64,000 nt of DNA from an uncultured Bacilli bacterium (GTDB lineage Bacteria > Bacillota_I > Bacilli_A > RF39 > UBA660). The stretch lies in contig CAKOMY010000002.1 of NCBI GenBank assembly GCA_934096815.1, positions 9,546 to 73,545 of the forward strand, in the 5' to 3' direction. The notes under the pieces are model-generated. The model searched no databases. It was given only the letters and a program-made list of their open reading frames with translations, and had not been told where the DNA came from. Positions 1 through 9,694 of this stretch are shown here, piece by piece (within the stretch, counting starts at the first letter, position 1; each line of letters begins with the position of its first letter). The translations under genes were made by a program, and so were the position numbers.

Positions 1-180
1 TATGGATAAAATTATATTTAAGAAAACAAAATCTAAATCAAGAAGATATTTTTTATGCATTTTATAAAAAAGGTAAGATTTATACTATATTAAAGTCCAA
101 TGTAAATGAATTGTAAATTTTCATATTAATTTACATTTTATAAACATAATAATACGTAAAGTGTTATATAATGATTTTAG

Positions 181-882
181 GTGGTAAGAATGAAAGATTT
201 TTTAGTAAATTTAATTAAATTAATATTAAGTGTGTTAGTAATAATGTTTACTGAAGAATATTTTTATAAATTATTAGATTTACTTAAGTTAAGTATTAAT
301 AGTAAAGCGATAGTTTCTTTAATTGTTTATATATTAATATTTATTATTATATATATTATTTATAAAGGAGAAGTTAATGCGGCTTTTGCAAAGTATAAAA
401 ATAAGTTAACTACAAATATTTTTTATAGTGTTATTTCATTTATGGTTTTATTTATTGCAATGATGATTATAGATTATTTAGTTGCTGCTCTTGCTAAGGG
501 ATTTAATATAACATATGAAGGATTAAGTTTTGTAAATATATTTGATTATAAGTTTAGTTTTGAATTAATTGCGATTATTATTAAAGATATAATTATTGTG
601 CCTTTTATTAAAGTTGTTATTTTTGTATTAGGGGTTAATAATATGTGTTCTAAGAAGACTGGAATGTTCTTTAGTGGATTATTGTATTCCTTATTTGCAA
701 TTTATACTATGTGTCATTTTAATGCTTCAATAAGTTATGTGTTAATTAATATGATTCCTTATTATTTATTATTTAATATGTTAAGTTTTATATATAAAAA
801 GAATAATAATATAGCATATAGTATAGTATCTTATGGTTTATATGAGTTATTTACTAGTGTATTAATAAGAAGATTCTTGTGA
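181..882 (+). CDS. Polytopic membrane protein, hypothetical
   Basis: 233-aa ORF with multiple hydrophobic segments; no catalytic motif recognised; immediately upstream of a CPBP protease gene. Confidence 0.4.
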   Translation: MVRMKDFLVNLIKLILSVLVIMFTEEYFYKLLDLLKLSINSKAIVSLIVYILIFIIIYIIYKGEVNAAFAKYKNKLTTNIFYSVISFMVLFIAMMIIDYLVAALAKGFNITYEGLSFVNIFDYKFSFELIAIIIKDIIIVPFIKVVIFVLGVNNMCSKKTGMFFSGLLYSLFAIYTMCHFNASISYVLINMIPYYLLFNMLSFIYKKNNNIAYSIVSYGLYELFTSVLIRRFL

Positions 883-889
883 GGTTACT

Positions 890-1591
890 ATGAAAGATAA
901 TGTTAAAAATATATTTAAATTAATAATAAGTTTTGTATTGTTTTTTAATTTAAGTTTAGTAATAGCCTGTATATTTAAATTAGTAGGTATAAATTATAGT
1001 GATTTTAATTATATTGATTATGCTTGTTTAAATACTTTTATAGAGTTAATTATGTTTGTAGTAGTACTACTATTTTATAAAAAATATTTAAAAAAGGATT
1101 TAGTGTTATTTAAGTTAAATAAAAAAGACTATATAAAGAAAATTATTTCTTACTTTCTAATATTTTTGGTTGTAAAGTATGGAGTAGCATTATTTTCAAG
1201 TTTACTTTTAGTTATGTTAGGATCTGATCTTGTTACAAGTGAAAATCAAGAGAGTGTGGTAACCTTAGCTAAAACATTGCCTTTTATGATGATGATATCT
1301 ACTAGTTTACTTGCTCCTTTTGTTGAAGAAGGAATATTTAGATTAGGAATTAGAAAAGTAATTAATAATAAATATTTATTTATCCTAGTAAGTGGTTTAA
1401 TATTTGGATTTATGCATATATTTCCAACTGAATTACCATTATATGTAGCTTTAATAGAATCACTTAATTATGTTACTATGGGACTACTACTTGCATATAT
1501 TTATAATGAGACAGATAATATATATGTTGTAGTTATAATTCATGCTTTAAATAATTTACTTAGTATGTTAATGATACTTGCTACTATGTAA
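890..1591 (+). CDS. CPBP family intramembrane glutamic endopeptidase (CAAX protease/Abi-like)
   Basis: Multi-TM protein carrying the three CPBP motifs: EEGIFR (EExxxR), FGFMH (FxxxH) and HALNN (HxxxN). Confidence 0.7.
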   Translation: MKDNVKNIFKLIISFVLFFNLSLVIACIFKLVGINYSDFNYIDYACLNTFIELIMFVVVLLFYKKYLKKDLVLFKLNKKDYIKKIISYFLIFLVVKYGVALFSSLLLVMLGSDLVTSENQESVVTLAKTLPFMMMISTSLLAPFVEEGIFRLGIRKVINNKYLFILVSGLIFGFMHIFPTELPLYVALIESLNYVTMGLLLAYIYNETDNIYVVVIIHALNNLLSMLMILATM

Positions 1592-1617
1592 AAAAATATA
1601 TATAATAATAAGAAAAA

Positions 1618-2118
1618 ATGGAGTTAATTATGAAAGAAACATTAAAAGATTTATTTGGGTTTATGTATTCACTTAGTATGGGAGATTATTTCTTCTTTAT
1701 AGGTACATTTTTATTAATCGTTTTATTTATTTATATTATTTATTTACTTAAGACTGAACCTGATGAATTACCTAAGAAAAAAGAAGATAAATTTGATATT
1801 AGTAAAGTTACTAAGAATTTAGAAGAAAATTATAAACCTGCAACACCTAATATTAAATTAACAAGTTATGAAGAAGAACAAGAAAATAATGCCATTATAA
1901 GTTATGATGAACTTGTTAAAACTAGAGAAATGAATGTTGTAACGTATGATGATAATTTTTCTAATACTGAACCGGATTTAGATATTAAAAAAATTGATTT
2001 AGAGGGTACTGGTAAAATAAAGATTATTGATCCTAAGATTGAAGTTAAATTAATTGAATATGAAAAAGAAGAAGAGTTTTTAAAAGTATTAAAAGATTTA
2101 CAAAGCAAACTAAGTTAG
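1618..2118 (+). CDS. Membrane-anchored acidic protein, hypothetical
   Basis: N-terminal TM helix followed by an E/K-rich tail; good RBS spacing. Confidence 0.35.
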   Translation: MELIMKETLKDLFGFMYSLSMGDYFFFIGTFLLIVLFIYIIYLLKTEPDELPKKKEDKFDISKVTKNLEENYKPATPNIKLTSYEEEQENNAIISYDELVKTREMNVVTYDDNFSNTEPDLDIKKIDLEGTGKIKIIDPKIEVKLIEYEKEEEFLKVLKDLQSKLS

Positions 2119-2314
2119 GTTGCTTTTTTAATTACTAGTTTGGATATAAAAAAATATAGCTGATTGGTTAGAGAAGATAGTTAAAATATCTTCTTTTAAT
2201 TTGTAGCAAAAATATGTTTGCTATTTTAAAAAGTTTATGATAGAGTATATCTTACCAAAAGAAATAAAAGATATTGTGAAATAGAATGACAAAGAATATA
2301 ATTATAGAAGGTGA

Positions 2315-3373
2315 ATGGTAATGCAAAAAGAAGATTTGCAAAAAATTTATAATCAAGATAAAAACATAGAAAATAATTTAGCAAATAGGATTAATAATTA
2401 TGAAAGAAAATTAAATAAATTAAAACTATCAAGTTGTAGTTATCGTGTTAAAACAAATTTATTTGTTACTTTATTAATTTTATTGGGATTATCCAATAGT
2501 AGTTTAATCTTCTTAATTGCAGAAAATACTGTACTTAGTGAGGTTATTCTAACTACATTATTTGGAATTATTTATGGAGTTTCTGATTTTACATATAAAA
2601 TTATTGTAGGTAAAAAATATGGAGTTAATTTATTTAAGCCAACATCTGAAAAAGAAAGTATTAAGAAAGAAATTGAATATAATGTTAAGTTAGAACAAAT
2701 CAAAAATGAAGATATTATGGTAAAAAATTCTTTAAGTTATTTAAGCAAACAGATTAAAGCGTGTTATAATGGATTACCTTTATTTAGTAAGAATTATTAT
2801 GTATGTAAAAATGAATTAGAAATTAAATTAAATAATTTGAATGAAATTATTCAAGAAAAAAAATTTAGATTAAATGAAACTATAGAAAGATCAACAGTTA
2901 GTAAAGTTTCTACAAATTATTCCTTAATAAATATGTTTTTTCATACATTTTTTAATATTGGCATTGGTGCAGTTATAATTGTTAGTTTACCTGTTTTATT
3001 AAACTTAACTATTTCAAGTTTATTTCAAATTATTTTAGGCTTTATATTATTTACTAGATATGCAGTTAGCAAAAGTATTACTTTTAAAAAAGCTAGAGAA
3101 GTATTTAATAAATATGGAATTAATTTAATGTCTTTAAAACAATTTGGAAAATTTGAAGATAATGAGAAAAAAATTAAAGAAGAAAGCGAAGAATTAAGTA
3201 AATATAGAATTGAACAAATAGAGGTTAAAACAGTGTGTTGTTCCATAGAGTGCATGAATAATAATAGAATTGATGATAATTTAATACCAAAATCTATAGA
3301 TATAATTCTATTAGGAAAAGAACCAACTATGGATAAAGGAAAATTATTAATAAAAAATAGAAAGAAAATGTGA
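2315..3373 (+). CDS. Hypothetical membrane protein
   Basis: 352-aa ORF; polar coiled N-terminus, central TM segments, K/E-rich C-terminus. Confidence 0.35.
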   Translation: MVMQKEDLQKIYNQDKNIENNLANRINNYERKLNKLKLSSCSYRVKTNLFVTLLILLGLSNSSLIFLIAENTVLSEVILTTLFGIIYGVSDFTYKIIVGKKYGVNLFKPTSEKESIKKEIEYNVKLEQIKNEDIMVKNSLSYLSKQIKACYNGLPLFSKNYYVCKNELEIKLNNLNEIIQEKKFRLNETIERSTVSKVSTNYSLINMFFHTFFNIGIGAVIIVSLPVLLNLTISSLFQIILGFILFTRYAVSKSITFKKAREVFNKYGINLMSLKQFGKFEDNEKKIKEESEELSKYRIEQIEVKTVCCSIECMNNNRIDDNLIPKSIDIILLGKEPTMDKGKLLIKNRKKM

Positions 3374-3379
3374 ATTTAG

Positions 3380-4639
3380 ATGAAAATATATATAGAAACA
3401 TTGGGTTGTAAAGTTAATACTTATGAATCTGAAGTAATTAAGGAAGAATTTTTAAGAAATGGATATGAGGAAACAAGTGATGTAACAATTGCTGATGTAA
3501 TTGTTGTTAATACTTGTTCTGTAACTAATCAAAGTGATGCTAAGAGTAGGAAAGTTATTCGTGCAGCAAGGAAAGCAAATGAAAAAGCAATTCTTGTAGT
3601 TTGTGGTTGTTCTAGTCAGAATCATCAAGAAGAATTAAAAAAGTTAAATGTAGATATATTAATAGGAAATAAAGATAAATCTAAAATATATGATTATGTT
3701 AAAAATTATGATAATAAGCAAGTTGTTAAATATTATGATATGATTAAAACTAATTTTGAAAAGATGAGTCTAAATAATTATAGTGAAAGAACAAGAGCAT
3801 TTGTTAAGATTCAAGATGGTTGTAATAATTATTGCTCATATTGTATTATTCCTTATTTAAGAGGAACAATTAGAAATAAAGAATTAAATGATGCAGTGGA
3901 AGAAATTAATACATTAGTTAATAATGGTTTTAAAGAAATAGTTTTAACGGGTATTCATACTGGAAGTTATCCTGATTTAGTTAAATTAATTAAAGAAATA
4001 AGTAAAAATGATAAATTAGAAAGAATAAGAATTAGTAGTATTGAAGCAACTGAAATAGATGATGAATTTTTAGAAGAATTAAAAAATAATAAGAAGATTT
4101 GTAATCATATGCATATTCCTGTCCAAGCAGCTTGTGATAATACATTAAAAAAGATGAATCGAAAATATGATATGAATAAGTTTATTAGTATTATTAATAA
4201 AATAAGAGAAGTTAGACCTGATATTAATATTACTACTGATTTAATAGTAGGTTTTCCAACTGAAAATGAAGAGGATTTTTTAGAAAGCTATAATAATGCT
4301 TGTAAGATTAAGTTTGGTAAAATTCATGTATTTCCATATTCTAAGAGAGATGGAACTGTTGCTGCTAAGATGAAAAGTGTTTTAAGTGATAGTGAGAAAA
4401 AAGAACGTACTCATAAAATGATTGAGTTATCTAATAAATTAGAAAACGAATATTATAATAAATTTTTAGGTAAAATTTTAAATGTTTTAGTAGAAGAGGT
4501 ATTTGATGATCATAGCACGGGACATACTGATAATTATATTAAAGTAATTATTAATTCTAAGTTAGAACATAATAAAGATTATAATGTTAAAATTATTAAA
4601 GTAGATGGCATTAATGTCTATGGAGAGGTTATTAAATAG
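3380..4639 (+). CDS. mtaB: Radical-SAM tRNA methylthiotransferase, MtaB/MiaB-like
   Basis: N-terminal MTTase domain (ETLGCKVN...NTCSVT), radical SAM CNNYCSYC (Cx3Cx2C) and C-terminal TRAM-like region; 419 aa fits MtaB. Confidence 0.7.
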   Translation: MKIYIETLGCKVNTYESEVIKEEFLRNGYEETSDVTIADVIVVNTCSVTNQSDAKSRKVIRAARKANEKAILVVCGCSSQNHQEELKKLNVDILIGNKDKSKIYDYVKNYDNKQVVKYYDMIKTNFEKMSLNNYSERTRAFVKIQDGCNNYCSYCIIPYLRGTIRNKELNDAVEEINTLVNNGFKEIVLTGIHTGSYPDLVKLIKEISKNDKLERIRISSIEATEIDDEFLEELKNNKKICNHMHIPVQAACDNTLKKMNRKYDMNKFISIINKIREVRPDINITTDLIVGFPTENEEDFLESYNNACKIKFGKIHVFPYSKRDGTVAAKMKSVLSDSEKKERTHKMIELSNKLENEYYNKFLGKILNVLVEEVFDDHSTGHTDNYIKVIINSKLEHNKDYNVKIIKVDGINVYGEVIK

Positions 4640-4674
4640 AGTAACAAATATCCTATATATTAATATAATATAAT

Positions 4675-4893
4675 ATGATGAGAGTTATTAATATAAAGGA
4701 TTATAACAATGAAGGAGTATTTATAAATTTAGATATATCATTTAAACCATATGAAAATTTGCTTAATAATCATTATAAATATTTAAGTAAAGATAAAGAA
4801 TACTATTTTTATTGTAAGGGTGGAGTTAAATCTAAAAAAGTGGCAAGTATTTTATCAGCTTACGGTTATAACACTGTCCTTGTTCTAAACTAA
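4675..4893 (+). CDS. Small rhodanese-like domain protein
   Basis: FYCKGGVKSKKVASILSAYGYNTV resembles a rhodanese active-site loop region; only 72 aa, so possibly a partial domain. Confidence 0.3.
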   Translation: MMRVINIKDYNNEGVFINLDISFKPYENLLNNHYKYLSKDKEYYFYCKGGVKSKKVASILSAYGYNTVLVLN

Positions 4894-4920
4894 AGAACCA
4901 GTAAATATTGGTTCTTTTTT
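4894..4920 (+). terminator. Rho-independent terminator
   Basis: agaacca-gtaaatat-tggttct hairpin followed by TTTTTT. Confidence 0.6.
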
Positions 4921-4987
4921 GATATATAAATAATAATTGACATTGAAATTTAAATTAAGGTAAAATTTCGATAAGGAGATATGAAAT

Positions 4988-5506
4988 ATGGAAAATAAGT
5001 TTAGAGATAATAACAAGAAAAGTGTAACAATATTTTTTTGTGATATATGTGGCACAGTTGATGGTGGCTTTACTTTAGAAGATTGTTATAGATTTGCAGA
5101 ATTATTAAAAAAACTAAAAGAAAAGAATGGAAGCGATTACTTATTTTTTGGTATGTCATCGACAGAACATCCAGATGTGGTTGATTATTATGAAAAATGT
5201 CTTTCAAGATATTTTAGTGATGATATTTTATTAATGGATAAAATTCATAATGCAGAGACATTACGTGAAGCAAAAATTTCTTGTGCACTTCTTTATATTC
5301 AAAATTTGCAGAAGGATTATGATATAAAAGGTGTTTATTGTGCTGATGATATAGAAATATTACAAGAATTATTTAAAAATTTATTAAAAGATATATTAGA
5401 TATAGATTTAAATATTATAGTACCAAAGAGTGGTGAGAATAATTTAGAATTTATTAATAAAGAAATTGAAGAAAGTTTTATTAAGGAAAGTTCTAAAATT
5501 AAATAA
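4988..5506 (+). CDS. Hypothetical protein (weak HAD-like N-terminal motif)
   Basis: FFCDICGTVDGG resembles HAD motif I (DxDGT) with the second Asp replaced by Cys; otherwise unrecognised. Confidence 0.3.
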   Translation: MENKFRDNNKKSVTIFFCDICGTVDGGFTLEDCYRFAELLKKLKEKNGSDYLFFGMSSTEHPDVVDYYEKCLSRYFSDDILLMDKIHNAETLREAKISCALLYIQNLQKDYDIKGVYCADDIEILQELFKNLLKDILDIDLNIIVPKSGENNLEFINKEIEESFIKESSKIK

Positions 5507-5568
5507 ATGTAAATTGTTAATTGTATTTTAAATATTATATTGGTAAAATTATTGTAGGTGAATATGTA

Positions 5569-6939
5569 ATGATATATGAGTGTGATAAATGTGGGTTTAA
5601 ACATGAAGGAATACTGCCGGATGGATATCATTGTCCTTTGTGTTTATCGGGGTATGATCATTTAATTCCCATTGAATTTGAAAATAAAGTATATAAAAGG
5701 GTAGAAATATCTAATGGAAATGTTGGAATTAGAAGAATAGAGGAAAAATGCATTAATTGTGGTATGTGTTTAAGGACTTGTGAAAAAGTAACTAATTGTT
5801 TAGTTAATACGGCAAATAATGATTATAAAGATTCAAATGATTTATGTTTAGAATGTGGAAATTGTATATTAACTTGTCCTACATCATCATTAATTCCAAA
5901 GTATGATTATCAAGAAGTGCTAAAATATATTGATAACCCTGATTATATTGTAATAGCACTAACTAGTCCTGCAACAAGAGTTGGAATTGGAGATGCTTTT
6001 TTCAAAGAACCTGGTATGTTTTTAGAAGGCAAAATGGTAGCTGCTTTAAAAAAATTAGGGTTTGATTATGTTTTTGATTTAACTTTTGGAGCGGATATTA
6101 CATCAGTAGAGGAAGCACATGAATTAAAAGAAAGATTAGAAAGTAGGGGAAAACCCATGTTTTCTAGTTGTTGTCCTTCTTGGGTAAAATATTGTCATAT
6201 AGTTCATCCTGAGCTAATAGATAATTTATCCACTTGTAAGAGCCCTATTGGTATGGCAAGTACAGTTATAAAAAAATTATTTGCACCTAATGAGTATGAT
6301 AGAGATAAAAAAATAATAATAGTGGCTGTAACGCCTTGCACAAGTAAAAAAAGAGAAATTGTTGGTACAGATACTGATTTTGTTATTACTACAAGTGAGC
6401 TAGCTTTGATGATTAGAGAAAATGGGATTGATTTTAATAAATTAGAAGATGCTGCTTTTGATAGAGTAAAAGGATCATTTTCTGGTACTAATTATGGAAC
6501 TGGTGGAGGAGTTACTAAATCAGTTGTTAGGTGTCTTTATTATGAGATGACTGGTAAAGATTTAAAAGAAAAAGATTATATAATAGAAGATAAAGAATAT
6601 TACAGGTTACTTAAAGTTAAAATTAATTCAAGAATTGTTAGATGTATAATAGTTAGTACAATGTCAAATTTAGAAAAAATACTAAAAAATGATGTTGAGT
6701 TTGATTTTGCTGAGATTATGTATTGTGATGGTGGATGTGTTTCAGGCGGAGGCCAAGTCTTAATGCCTGTTAAAGATAAAGAATTGATTAAACAAAAAAG
6801 AGCAGAAAGCTTGAACAAAAAACATAATGAGATTGAATACTATCCTTATAAAAATGACTTAATAGATGATTTATATAATACTTATTTAAATAATCCGGGA
6901 AGTGCTGATGCTCATAAATATTTACATATTAATCATTAA
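5569..6939 (+). CDS. [FeFe] hydrogenase with 2x[4Fe-4S] ferredoxin-type and N-terminal Cys4 (rubredoxin-like) motifs
   Basis: H-cluster signatures SSCCPSW (L1), TPCTSKKRE (L2), EIMYCDGGCVSGGGQ (L3); CINCGMCLRTC and CLECGNCILTCP ferredoxin motifs; ATG 5569 has RBS AGGTGA, whereas the track TTG start at 5521 does not. Confidence 0.8.
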   Translation: MIYECDKCGFKHEGILPDGYHCPLCLSGYDHLIPIEFENKVYKRVEISNGNVGIRRIEEKCINCGMCLRTCEKVTNCLVNTANNDYKDSNDLCLECGNCILTCPTSSLIPKYDYQEVLKYIDNPDYIVIALTSPATRVGIGDAFFKEPGMFLEGKMVAALKKLGFDYVFDLTFGADITSVEEAHELKERLESRGKPMFSSCCPSWVKYCHIVHPELIDNLSTCKSPIGMASTVIKKLFAPNEYDRDKKIIIVAVTPCTSKKREIVGTDTDFVITTSELALMIRENGIDFNKLEDAAFDRVKGSFSGTNYGTGGGVTKSVVRCLYYEMTGKDLKEKDYIIEDKEYYRLLKVKINSRIVRCIIVSTMSNLEKILKNDVEFDFAEIMYCDGGCVSGGGQVLMPVKDKELIKQKRAESLNKKHNEIEYYPYKNDLIDDLYNTYLNNPGSADAHKYLHINH

Positions 6940-7021
6940 AACTTAAATATAATTATGAAAAAAATTAGTTGATATACTAATTTTTTTGTGGTAGTATTTT
7001 ATTAGAATAGCGAGGAATTTT

Positions 7022-7306
7022 ATGAATACTAATATTGAATTAAAAAGAGTAAATGGAGAAATAATAAAAGCAGAATTAATTAGTTATTTTGAGTATGTTC
7101 CAAATAATAAAAAATATGTATTTTATACTTTAAATGAAAAAGTAGAAAATGATTTAGTAAAAATGTATGTATCTGAAGTATCAAATGGGAACGCTTTATC
7201 AGATAATATGACAAATGATGAATGGAATAATATAAAGGGAATTATGAAATCCATTCTTACAGCAAATAATAATGAAAATATTAAATACTTAAATTGGGAG
7301 GCTTAA
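7022..7306 (+). CDS. DUF1292-like small acidic protein
   Basis: 94 aa; pattern I-x-L-x-x-x-G-E...YFEY...KKYVFY typical of the DUF1292 family. Confidence 0.4.
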   Translation: MNTNIELKRVNGEIIKAELISYFEYVPNNKKYVFYTLNEKVENDLVKMYVSEVSNGNALSDNMTNDEWNNIKGIMKSILTANNNENIKYLNWEA

Positions 7307-7308
7307 TA

Positions 7309-8064
7309 ATGGCAAACATAATACAAAATGAATCAAGAAAGATAGCATTAACTGCAGATCAGTTGAATTCACTTAAAAAAGCATATAGTGAGAGTATGAC
7401 AAAGCAAACTAAAATGACTACGCAAGCATCAGGGGTAACAAATGATGCTGTTGTTCAACAAATAGTAAATAATAGTACTAATTCAATGCCTCAAACTGAT
7501 GTTTTAATTCCTGATGCACCAGTAAATACAGTAGCACCAACACAGCCAGTTAATATGTTTGAGTCAGTTCCAATTGTAGATAGTCTAGTAGGAAATGCTG
7601 GTACTTCAAATACAAGTGAACCTAAAATAGAAGAACAAGTAGTTTCTGCAGTTCCTGGTGAACAACAAACAGATAATGTTATTAGTGATAATAAAGATTT
7701 AGCTGATTTAATAAAAAAAATTATAGATGAATATTATGATTTACAATTACATGTTCAAGAATATGGTGTAAAATTAGAAGAAACTTTAGAAAAGATGAAA
7801 AAGTTAATGAATGAAAATAACTTAACAAAACAAGTTACAAATACAGCAAATACTGTAACACAACAAGTTGTTCAGCCAACACCAACAGTAGCTGTAGCAT
7901 CTCAAGCAGCATCAGCTGGAACTAATGTTTTTGATGCTCCTAAAACTGAACCAGTAGCAACAATAACTCCAAAACAACCGCTTGCTTCACCTTATTCTGA
8001 AAACATTAATATATTTGATCAAATTCCGCAAACTCCCAGTAACGGAGGACAATTAAAAATATAA
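7309..8064 (+). CDS. Low-complexity Q/T/P/V-rich protein, hypothetical
   Basis: ATG 7309 with GGAG 8 nt upstream (track start 7294 is TTG); compositionally biased sequence. Confidence 0.35.
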   Translation: MANIIQNESRKIALTADQLNSLKKAYSESMTKQTKMTTQASGVTNDAVVQQIVNNSTNSMPQTDVLIPDAPVNTVAPTQPVNMFESVPIVDSLVGNAGTSNTSEPKIEEQVVSAVPGEQQTDNVISDNKDLADLIKKIIDEYYDLQLHVQEYGVKLEETLEKMKKLMNENNLTKQVTNTANTVTQQVVQPTPTVAVASQAASAGTNVFDAPKTEPVATITPKQPLASPYSENINIFDQIPQTPSNGGQLKI

Positions 8065-8115
8065 AATTAAGTCTAAATATTGGACTTTTTTTGTTTATTA
8101 AACATATAATTTAGT

Positions 8116-8994
8116 ATGGAAAATATATTAAATTATTATTATGATATAAACGTTATAGATATAAAAAAATATGATTATTATTACCTAATAACGAGTGATG
8201 ATGAAGAAGAATATTTATTTAATGAAATAGTAAATGTATCAGAATTAAAAGAAATAATAAATTATTTAAATAACACTAATATGTTATATCATTTATTAAT
8301 GCTAACTAAGGAACAAAATATAACGATAACTTATAATGATAAAGAATATGCTTTATTTAAAGTAAGAGATAATGATAACTTAAATATATTTAGTTTTTCT
8401 AATTTAATTACTAGTGGTAAATGTATATGGGGTACACTATGGTCTAATAGAGTAGATTATTATTTAGAACAATTAAAAGAAGTAGTTGATATAAATGAGA
8501 TTAAATATGCAATGGATTATTATATATCTTTAGCTGAAATTGCTATATCTTATTTTAATAATTTAGAAGAAATTTATAAAAGCAGTGAGTTAACTTATAC
8601 AATATCTCATCATTTTACTAGTTCACCATTATCTAAATATGAATTATATAACCCATCTAATATGTGTAAAGATTTAATAGTTAGAGATGTTGCCGAATAT
8701 ATTAAAGCATCCTTTTTTGAAGATATATTAACTAATAATGAAATACTTAATTTAATAGATAGGATCAATTTAAACGAAGTATTAGCTAACTATTTATTAG
8801 TAAGATTAATATATCCATCTTATATGTTTAAAATATACGATAAGTATATAGAAACAAAAGAAATAGATCGTAAATTTTATGACTATATGAAAAAAAGTAG
8901 GGAATATGAACGCCTACTAGCAAATATATATAATAAATTAAAACTTAAATTTCCTATTAAAGCTTATATTTACTTCTTTAAAGATCAATATTAA
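8116..8994 (+). CDS. Hypothetical protein
   Basis: 292-aa ORF, no recognised motif. Confidence 0.3.
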   Translation: MENILNYYYDINVIDIKKYDYYYLITSDDEEEYLFNEIVNVSELKEIINYLNNTNMLYHLLMLTKEQNITITYNDKEYALFKVRDNDNLNIFSFSNLITSGKCIWGTLWSNRVDYYLEQLKEVVDINEIKYAMDYYISLAEIAISYFNNLEEIYKSSELTYTISHHFTSSPLSKYELYNPSNMCKDLIVRDVAEYIKASFFEDILTNNEILNLIDRINLNEVLANYLLVRLIYPSYMFKIYDKYIETKEIDRKFYDYMKKSREYERLLANIYNKLKLKFPIKAYIYFFKDQY

Positions 8995-9211
8995 TTACAT
9001 CTTTAACTTCTGGAACTTCTTCTTTAATAGTTCTAAGAACAAAATCAGTTATTGTATCATCTTTGTAACCACATTCGGCACATGCTCCATGTAATTTAAT
9101 ATATACAATATTATCTTTTAAACTAATAAATTCTATATCGCCACCATCACTATTTAAGTATGGTTTAATAATATTAATTGTTTCTTTTATTTTTTCTTCC
9201 ATATATAACAC
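8978..9211 (-). CDS. NifU-like Fe-S cluster scaffold domain protein
   Basis: 77 aa, HGACAECG Cys pair and overall NFU C-terminal-domain-like pattern. Confidence 0.5.
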   Translation of the reverse strand: MLYMEEKIKETINIIKPYLNSDGGDIEFISLKDNIVYIKLHGACAECGYKDDTITDFVLRTIKEEVPEVKDVINIDL

Positions 9212-9267
9212 CCACTTGAGATTATATCACATTTTATTTATAATAATAAGAAGAAGGAAAGATATTT

Positions 9268-9618
9268 ATGTATAGAGTAGGAGAAATAATAGAGGTTGAA
9301 GTAACTGGAATAGAAAGTTATGGTATCTTTGTTAAGGCTGATAATGATTATACTGGTTTAATTCATATATCCGAGATAGATAATAATTATATAAAAGATA
9401 TAAATAAGTATGTTAAATTAGGAGATAATATATATACAAATGTGATTGGAGTAGATGATGCAACTAAGCATTTAAAGTTATCTATAAAGAATATGAATTA
9501 TAATGATAATAATCATGGTAAGAGAATAATAAAAGAAAATATAAATGGCTTTTTACCTCTTCATAATAAGTTAGAAGAATGGATAGAGGAGACAATTAAA
9601 AAATTGAAACAATTATAA
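9268..9618 (+). CDS. S1 RNA-binding domain protein
   Basis: N-terminal S1/OB-fold pattern VGEIIEVEVTGIESYGIFVK...GLIHISE. Confidence 0.6.
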   Translation: MYRVGEIIEVEVTGIESYGIFVKADNDYTGLIHISEIDNNYIKDINKYVKLGDNIYTNVIGVDDATKHLKLSIKNMNYNDNNHGKRIIKENINGFLPLHNKLEEWIEETIKKLKQL

Positions 9619-9642
9619 TATAAAAGACAAACATATTTTCGC

Positions 9643-9670
9643 TTGACGGGGGGGCTTTTAAAGGTATAAT
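9643..9670 (+). promoter_or_regulatory. Consensus sigma-A-type promoter with G7 tract (paralog family copy 1)
   Basis: TTGACG (9643-9648), 16-nt spacer beginning with the G run, TATAAT (9665-9670), then AAGGTGA RBS and ATG 9695; about 60 bp are near-identical to the segments upstream of 23295, 24898 and 26839. Confidence 0.55.
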
Positions 9671-9694
9671 TTCACTAGGATAAGGTGATTTTAT

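Noticed and set aside
1902-2108. Short antisense or embedded ORFs listed in the track (1902-2108, 3025-3255, 5335-5631, 6600-6818, 12904-13092, 24234-24425, 26102-26335, 33025-33237, 33824-34063, 35220-35474, 36126-36356, 45161-45475, 46792-47055, 48146-48364, 48401-48583, 52790-53068, 53711-53896, 56211-56420, 57560-57745, 59159-59380, 59822-60007, 60228-60497)
   Set aside because: All lie inside or antisense to well-supported longer genes. Their translations are low-complexity artefacts of AT-rich sequence, and none has a convincing RBS.
4988-5506. HAD-superfamily phosphatase call
   Set aside because: Only motif I is recognisable and its second Asp is replaced by Cys (DICGT). Motifs II-IV were not convincingly found, so the ORF is left as hypothetical.
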